Assembly: GCA_043819075.1 (NCBI GenBank)
Contig: JBDRFE010000027.1
Coordinates: 1-11,411, forward strand
Reading direction: 5' to 3'
Source of the DNA: an archaeon
GTDB lineage: Archaea; Iainarchaeota; Iainarchaeia; Iainarchaeales; 1-14-0-10-31-34
Length of the DNA stretch: 11,411 nt
This document shows positions 6,971 to 11,411 of the stretch, piece by piece. The position numbers and the translations under genes are program-made. The notes beneath the pieces are model-generated. The model was not told the DNA's origin and made no database searches. It saw only the letters and a list, made by a program, of their open reading frames with translations. Numbering within the stretch: position 1 is the stretch's first letter; each line of letters begins with the position of its first letter.

Positions 6971-7009
6971 TTCGCTACTGCCGGGCGAAACCGGCAGCGG
7001 GCTGAAGCC
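6971..7009 (+). repeat. Structured intergenic element copy 3
   Basis: TTCG (6971-6974), ctgccgg-GCGAAA-ccggcag (6978-6997), GGGCTGAAGCC (6999-7009). Begins 3 nt after the HEPN stop. Confidence 0.85.
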
Positions 7010-7020
7010 AGACTTTTCAC

Positions 7021-7071
7021 ACTATATAGGATTAAAATTCCATTTTTCGTGGAATTATAGTCCTTTATAGT
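7021..7071. promoter_or_regulatory. 22-bp imperfect inverted repeat, probable operator of the wHTH-Fic gene
   Basis: actatataggattaaaattcca (7021-7042), 7-nt spacer, tggaattatagtcctttatagt (7050-7071); 19/22 complementary. Confidence 0.65.
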
Positions 7072-7104
7072 AACCTTTTTATGGTTTTTGGCTTATATTT
7101 CATT

Positions 7105-8328
7105 ATGATTTCAAAGTATGATTTGCTTTATTCTGTTTTTCTTAATGAAGGATTAACCGCTGCACAATTAGTCAGGAAATTAGGCAAAAGCCAATATGAA
7201 TATAATAAATTCTATAAACATCTGAAGCAATTAGAAGAAGATGGATTAATTGAAACTAAACAAAACAAATACTTTCTTAAAAAAATTGAAAAAACAAAAG
7301 AATTCATCAAAGTAATTGACTTTTCTGTTAAAAACAATATTGATTACCATGAATTGTTTTTGGAAAAAACAATTGAATTCATTGAATTAGGATTAAAGAA
7401 AAATATTTTATTTGATTTGCCTTTTGATAACAAAACTGTTTCAAAAATCTCAACTTTTTTAGCAAAGCATGGCTTTCTCTTAATTGAGTCAAGAAAACCT
7501 TTTACTGCAAGAATTGTTTATTCTGATTTTTTAGAGAAAGTTGTGAAATTATTTAAAGGAAAAACTAAAATAAAGTGCAAAAAGATTTTTGAAGATGTTA
7601 ATGAAAAAAAACTGAATTCCCAGATTGAAAAGGAATTTTCTGCTTACAAAAAATCATCTAAAAAAATACTTATTGATGATGAAGTCAGATTTATTCACAG
7701 AAGTCTTTCTCTTGAAGGAAACACTTTAACTTTGTCTGAAACAGAAAAACTGATTAAAGAAAACATTCCGCCTAAAACAAGAACTTTTAAGGAAATGCAG
7801 GAAACAATGGATTACAAGAAAGCATTAGACAGGTTTATTCAAGATAAAAGTGAATTAGAGTTGCAGAAAGTTTTGGAATTCCATGAAACTGCAATGAATT
7901 CTCTTGAAGCAGGAAAAGGAAAAATAAGAAAACAAAACGTTAAAATCAAAGGAAATCCAGATTTTAAGACAGCTGACTGGAAAGAAATTCCGGGAAAACT
8001 AAATGAGTTGTTTGCTTTTTATAAACAAAATGTTTACAAAAAATTAAAAGCATTTGAGGTAGTTGAACTTGCTTCTTATTTTCATAATGAATTCCAGAGA
8101 ATTCATCCGTTCATTGACGGCAATTCAAGAACAGCAAGAGCATTATTTGCCCACGTTTTAATTCTGAAAGGTTTTCCTTTGATTGCCTTTCCTTCGGGAT
8201 TTGTAGAACAATACTTGGCCTTAACTAAATTATCAAAAGAAAGAGAAGACAAGCATTTTGAATTGTTCATGAAACAATTGGTTTTGCATTCATTAAAGCA
8301 GACAAACCAGAAACTGAAATACAGTTAA
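7105..8328 (+). CDS. Fic-family protein with N-terminal winged HTH region
   Basis: Fic motif HPFIDGNSRTAR (8104-8139); inhibitory motif SLSLEGN (7702-7722); N-terminal wHTH-like LTAAQLVRKLG...HLKQLEEDGLIE. Start is ATG 7105 or 7081. Confidence 0.92.
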   Translation: MISKYDLLYSVFLNEGLTAAQLVRKLGKSQYEYNKFYKHLKQLEEDGLIETKQNKYFLKKIEKTKEFIKVIDFSVKNNIDYHELFLEKTIEFIELGLKKNILFDLPFDNKTVSKISTFLAKHGFLLIESRKPFTARIVYSDFLEKVVKLFKGKTKIKCKKIFEDVNEKKLNSQIEKEFSAYKKSSKKILIDDEVRFIHRSLSLEGNTLTLSETEKLIKENIPPKTRTFKEMQETMDYKKALDRFIQDKSELELQKVLEFHETAMNSLEAGKGKIRKQNVKIKGNPDFKTADWKEIPGKLNELFAFYKQNVYKKLKAFEVVELASYFHNEFQRIHPFIDGNSRTARALFAHVLILKGFPLIAFPSGFVEQYLALTKLSKEREDKHFELFMKQLVLHSLKQTNQKLKYS

Positions 8329-8376
8329 TTCTCAGATTCAATTAACTTTTTAAAGTAAGAAAAACAATATTAAAGC

Positions 8377-8703
8377 ATGAAGAAATTGTTTTTGATCACA
8401 ATAATTGGATTAGTTATATTGTTTAGCGGTTGCACTCAAACTAATCCAAATCAGGAACAAAAAGAAAGCGTAAAAGAAATATTAATTAGTAATGTGTGCA
8501 AAGAAACTCTGTGCGCTCCAACCTATCTGTTTGAATGCGAGAATGGTTTTGCATCTAGTGATAGTTGCAAGGATAGTTTTAGTTTTGGATATGACACACA
8601 AGGAAACATAATAAGTCAATGTGGTGGATATATTGGCGGTTGTCAAATTAAAACAGATTATGATATAGGAAATTGTAATACAAAAAAGAATCTTTGTGAT
8701 TAA
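8377..8703 (+). CDS. Small Cys-rich predicted lipoprotein
   Basis: Signal peptide with lipobox MKKLFLITIIGLVILFSGC; eight further cysteines; TTTAAA box about 25 bp upstream (leaderless). Confidence 0.85.
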   Translation: MKKLFLITIIGLVILFSGCTQTNPNQEQKESVKEILISNVCKETLCAPTYLFECENGFASSDSCKDSFSFGYDTQGNIISQCGGYIGGCQIKTDYDIGNCNTKKNLCD

Positions 8704-8794
8704 GTCATTAACTCATCTGTTAGCACTAAATTTTGCCGTAAAATTTTAGAATAACTTTTAATTATGTAATTATTGTTTCATCTTTCGGTCAAGT

Positions 8795-8854
8795 TGGGCA
8801 GGCTGAAGCCAAAATTAGTTTTGCATATTATCTAGGAATTGAATGCAATGAAAT
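8795..8854 (+). repeat. 60-bp direct repeat, right copy
   Basis: tgggcaggctgaagccaaaattagttttgcatattatctaggaattgaatgcaatgaaat; 57/60 identical to 5836-5895; contains GGCTGAAGCC. Confidence 0.95.
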
Positions 8855-8899
8855 AATTGCATTAAAATATTCATAAAAAAAGAATAAAGCATTACCGGA

Positions 8900-10402
8900 T
8901 TACCAGTAATACTTGTGGTCTACAGTGTAAGTCACTTTTTTGCTTCCGTTTGCAGGAACCTTCACTTTAAATTCTATTTCACTTGAACTTTTTTTATTGA
9001 ATTCATCGCTTTTGGCTGTTATTGTCCAGCTAGAACCAACATACTCGTGAATCACTACTTCAATTTCAGTGTCTTTGTGGTTCCTTAACTCAATATCATA
9101 GCTGTTCCTGTACCATCCCTTGCCTAAATTCACTGATTCTGTTTCAGTTCTTTCCCCAACAACATCAAAAGCATCACCTAAATACAAATTGACTTCCTCG
9201 TCTTTTGAGGTGTGGTCAATGCTGTCTTCTCCTACAAACTGCAACTGCTTTTCTGAGTCTTCTTTGTATACTCTTACTGTTCCTTTAGGCAAAGGAAGGC
9301 CTAAACCTTGTTCTTCTGAGTTCCTGAAATTCAGTTTAACTAAAACCTTTGTTCCCTGGGTTCTTCCGTCATAATAAAAAACTTTTTTTACTGGAACATT
9401 CTCTGAAGCAAGCAAAGAAATCTGTTTTACCTGGTTATTCATTACATCTGTTTCTCTTTCCAAAGTATACATATGGTATTCAAATAACGCTTCTTCTGCA
9501 AAAGCTCCTGCTGTTGCTTTTTCTTCTGCATACGAATAATCATACATTTCGTTGTACCGGTAATCTGAAACTCTATGCACATCTCCTGCCACTAGCTTAA
9601 GCCTTGTGTTAGGATAAGCTGTACCGCTTTTGTTGTCAATGCTCACCCATCCGGTGAAATCCATCCTTGAATCATCTGAATTGACTTTTGCAATGTATTC
9701 TGAGTGCCATTGTATTCCATCAGTCAAATAAGAAGTTTGAGTGCTTCTGCTGCCTTCCTTTGAGGCATAAACTTTCCAGATTAAGGTAGGCTTAACCCAT
9801 AAGTTTTCTGGAAGTTTGGGGAAAACTATTTTTGAAGGATTTAAGATTACAACTCCAGAAGAAGTTTCCAAAACCATTCCATCAGAATAGCTTAAAAGTT
9901 TTCCAGTGTATTCTTCAACTTTGTCTCCTTCCTGGCTTAAAACAGTTATTTCCTTGTCAAGGTACTTTTCTAATAGTTTGGCTCTTGAAACCAAATCATA
10001 TTCATAGTTCTGCTCTAAAACAATAGTGTCAGAATAATCCAAATCCTGAAACAAGACACTTGTAGGGTCAATTTTTGCTGCTACGTCCATGAACTTAACT
10101 AAATTCACTCCTTTCTTCAAAAACAAGATTCTAATGTCTTTCACTAAAGCAAAGTTCTGATTATAAACAGTTAATTCAGTTCCGTCTTTTGTTTCACTTA
10201 ATTCCTCTGAAGCAAATTTTGCTATAGCAATTTCAGGTTTCTCCGCTGAAACAATATAAACTACATCCTTAATGTTTACATTTGGAATGTCAATTCTTTT
10301 TCCTCCTGTCTGATCCTGTTTTATTGTGCTGGGGGGAAAAGCTAAAACCAAAACAAAAACAGTTAAAACAACCGCAATAACTCCTAACTCAAATTTATTC
10401 AA
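8900..10402 (-). CDS. DUF4139-domain protein with N-terminal membrane anchor/signal
   Basis: LTVYNQNFALVKD, LEQNYEYDL, YLTDGIQW, LFEYHMYTL, PLPKGTVRVY and GDAFDV motifs; TTG start after a GGGTGATG SD. Confidence 0.88.
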   Translation of the reverse strand: MNKFELGVIAVVLTVFVLVLAFPPSTIKQDQTGGKRIDIPNVNIKDVVYIVSAEKPEIAIAKFASEELSETKDGTELTVYNQNFALVKDIRILFLKKGVNLVKFMDVAAKIDPTSVLFQDLDYSDTIVLEQNYEYDLVSRAKLLEKYLDKEITVLSQEGDKVEEYTGKLLSYSDGMVLETSSGVVILNPSKIVFPKLPENLWVKPTLIWKVYASKEGSRSTQTSYLTDGIQWHSEYIAKVNSDDSRMDFTGWVSIDNKSGTAYPNTRLKLVAGDVHRVSDYRYNEMYDYSYAEEKATAGAFAEEALFEYHMYTLERETDVMNNQVKQISLLASENVPVKKVFYYDGRTQGTKVLVKLNFRNSEEQGLGLPLPKGTVRVYKEDSEKQLQFVGEDSIDHTSKDEEVNLYLGDAFDVVGERTETESVNLGKGWYRNSYDIELRNHKDTEIEVVIHEYVGSSWTITAKSDEFNKKSSSEIEFKVKVPANGSKKVTYTVDHKYYW

Positions 10403-10554
10403 TCACATCACCCGTCAATCATTCAATCTTCAATTAAAGAATAGATATTATCGGGCTTTCACATATTTAAGGATTGCGTTTTGATTAGGAAAAAAATATT
10501 AAAAAAAAGCAACATAAGAAACAGTTAAATTAAGTTTGCAGTATTTTTTGTTTT

Positions 10555-11166
10555 ATGGAATTTGAATTCAGCGGAAACAAAATTGAATTTGAAAGAGAAC
10601 TTTCAAACCTAGACAAACTCGTAATAAAATTCACTAAAATTCTTTACAGGCTGAAAATAGATTATGTTATTATTTCAGGTTACATTGCTATTTTGTTTGG
10701 CAGAAGCAGGAACACCGAAGATGTTGACTTGTTCATTGAAGAAATGCCTTTAAAAAAATTTTTACGGTTCTGGAATGAACTTAGTATTGAAGGATTTGAA
10801 TGTCTTAATACATCAAATCCAAAAGAAGCATATTCTGATTATTTGAAAGAAAAGCTTGCAGTAAGGTTTGCAGTTAAAGGAACTTTTATCCCAAACTTTG
10901 AATTAAAGTTTCCGAAAACAAAATACAATATTTATTCTCTGAATAACAAAATTGAAGTAACTCTGAATAAAGAAAAACTAATGACTTCAGAAATTGAACT
11001 TCAAATAGCGTTTAAATTAAGCTTGGGAAGCGAAAAAGATTTTGAAGATGCAAGGCATTTATATAAAGTTTTTAAAGAACATTTGGATATAAATTTATTG
11101 AAAAGGCAGATTAATGAATTAAAAGTTGAAAAGCAAGCGGAGAAAATATTATGGAAAAAGGATTAA
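10555..11166 (+). CDS. Pol-beta-superfamily nucleotidyltransferase (AbiEii/DUF6036-like)
   Basis: YVIISGYIAILFGRSRNTEDVDLFI (G..A.....R.T.DxD) and C-terminal K....SEKDFEDA; TTAAATTA box about 25 bp upstream. Confidence 0.8.
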   Translation: MEFEFSGNKIEFERELSNLDKLVIKFTKILYRLKIDYVIISGYIAILFGRSRNTEDVDLFIEEMPLKKFLRFWNELSIEGFECLNTSNPKEAYSDYLKEKLAVRFAVKGTFIPNFELKFPKTKYNIYSLNNKIEVTLNKEKLMTSEIELQIAFKLSLGSEKDFEDARHLYKVFKEHLDINLLKRQINELKVEKQAEKILWKKD

Positions 11167-11321
11167 AACTCACAAAAAAAGACTTGAAAGAACTTGAAGA
11201 AGAAAAGAAAAGAAACTTAAAGCAACGCATGGAATTTGTTGACTTGTATGCAGAATGGCTGAAAAAAACACCAAACAAGGTTTGGAGCAATCAGCAAAAC
11301 AAACTATTAAATCAGCAGTAA
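11151..11321 (+). CDS. 56-aa helical protein overlapping the nucleotidyltransferase end (putative TA partner)
   Basis: Manual translation: MEKGLKLTKKDLKELEEEKKRNLKQRMEFVDLYAEWLKKTPNKVWSNQQNKLLNQQ*. 16-bp overlap with the upstream gene; shorter than any ORF in the track. Confidence 0.75.
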   Translation: MEKGLKLTKKDLKELEEEKKRNLKQRMEFVDLYAEWLKKTPNKVWSNQQNKLLNQQ

Positions 11322-11374
11322 GTTCAATACACTTTAATAACGTTTTTAAAGAAACAAAAACAATAATGTGTTAA

Positions 11375-11411
11375 ATGGCTAAAATATTTATTTTTGCAGG
11401 AGAGCATCCTG
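11375..11411 (+). CDS. Start of a downstream gene (partial)
   Basis: ATG 11375 reads MAKIFIFAGEHP to the window edge; TTTTAA box about 25 bp upstream. Too short to assign. Confidence 0.5.
   Translation, partial: MAKIFIFAGEHP

Noticed and set aside
6961..7020. Canonical integron attC site
   Set aside because: TAAC is present at the stop, but there is no matching GTTRRRY end or long R/L-box pairing, and no integrase in the window.
8708..8748. TAAC...GTTAG and AT-rich inverted repeat after the lipoprotein
   Set aside because: Too short and AT-rich to distinguish from chance.
5836..8854. CRISPR array or tRNA-derived att site
   Set aside because: Repeats are kilobases apart with no regular spacers and no cas genes; no cloverleaf or T-loop/CCA signature.
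8842..8863. aatgcaat/attgcatt hairpin as a terminator
   Set aside because: Half of it belongs to the direct repeat, and archaeal termination relies mainly on oligo-U tracts, so it cannot be called.
9120..10026. + strand ORFs 9120..9374, 9349..9600, 9832..10026
   Set aside because: Antisense to the DUF4139 gene.
11375..11411. M14 peptidase/deacylase assignment from IFAGEHP
   Set aside because: Only 12 codons are visible, so the HxxE motif cannot be confirmed.

Overview
AT-rich archaeal DNA, probably DPANN-like. This is inferred from GGTGA/GAGGT-type Shine-Dalgarno motifs, TTTAAA/TTAAAT boxes about 25 bp before leaderless starts, and the gene content. From left to right: the 5' part of a histone-fold gene with a charged N-terminal tail (missed by the ORF track); a coupled operon of a Walker-A-less KaiC/RecA-like protein plus two paralogous small membrane proteins; a basic orphan; a HAD hydrolase; a PPC/DUF296 protein; a Thr-type sulfatase-family protein converging on a lone cysD; a ~3 kb accessory block (wHTH-MNT/HEPN pair, wHTH-Fic, Cys-rich lipoprotein); a DUF4139 protein; a nucleotidyltransferase with an overlapping 56-aa partner; and the start of one more gene. 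The most striking unexplained signal is non-coding. A hairpin element TTCG-N10-GCGAAA-N8-GGGCTGAAGCC, with covarying stems and fixed spacing, recurs in one orientation at gene boundaries, and 60-bp direct repeats (57/60 identical) bracket the accessory block. Together these suggest a REP- or integron-like cassette system whose enzyme is not in this window.
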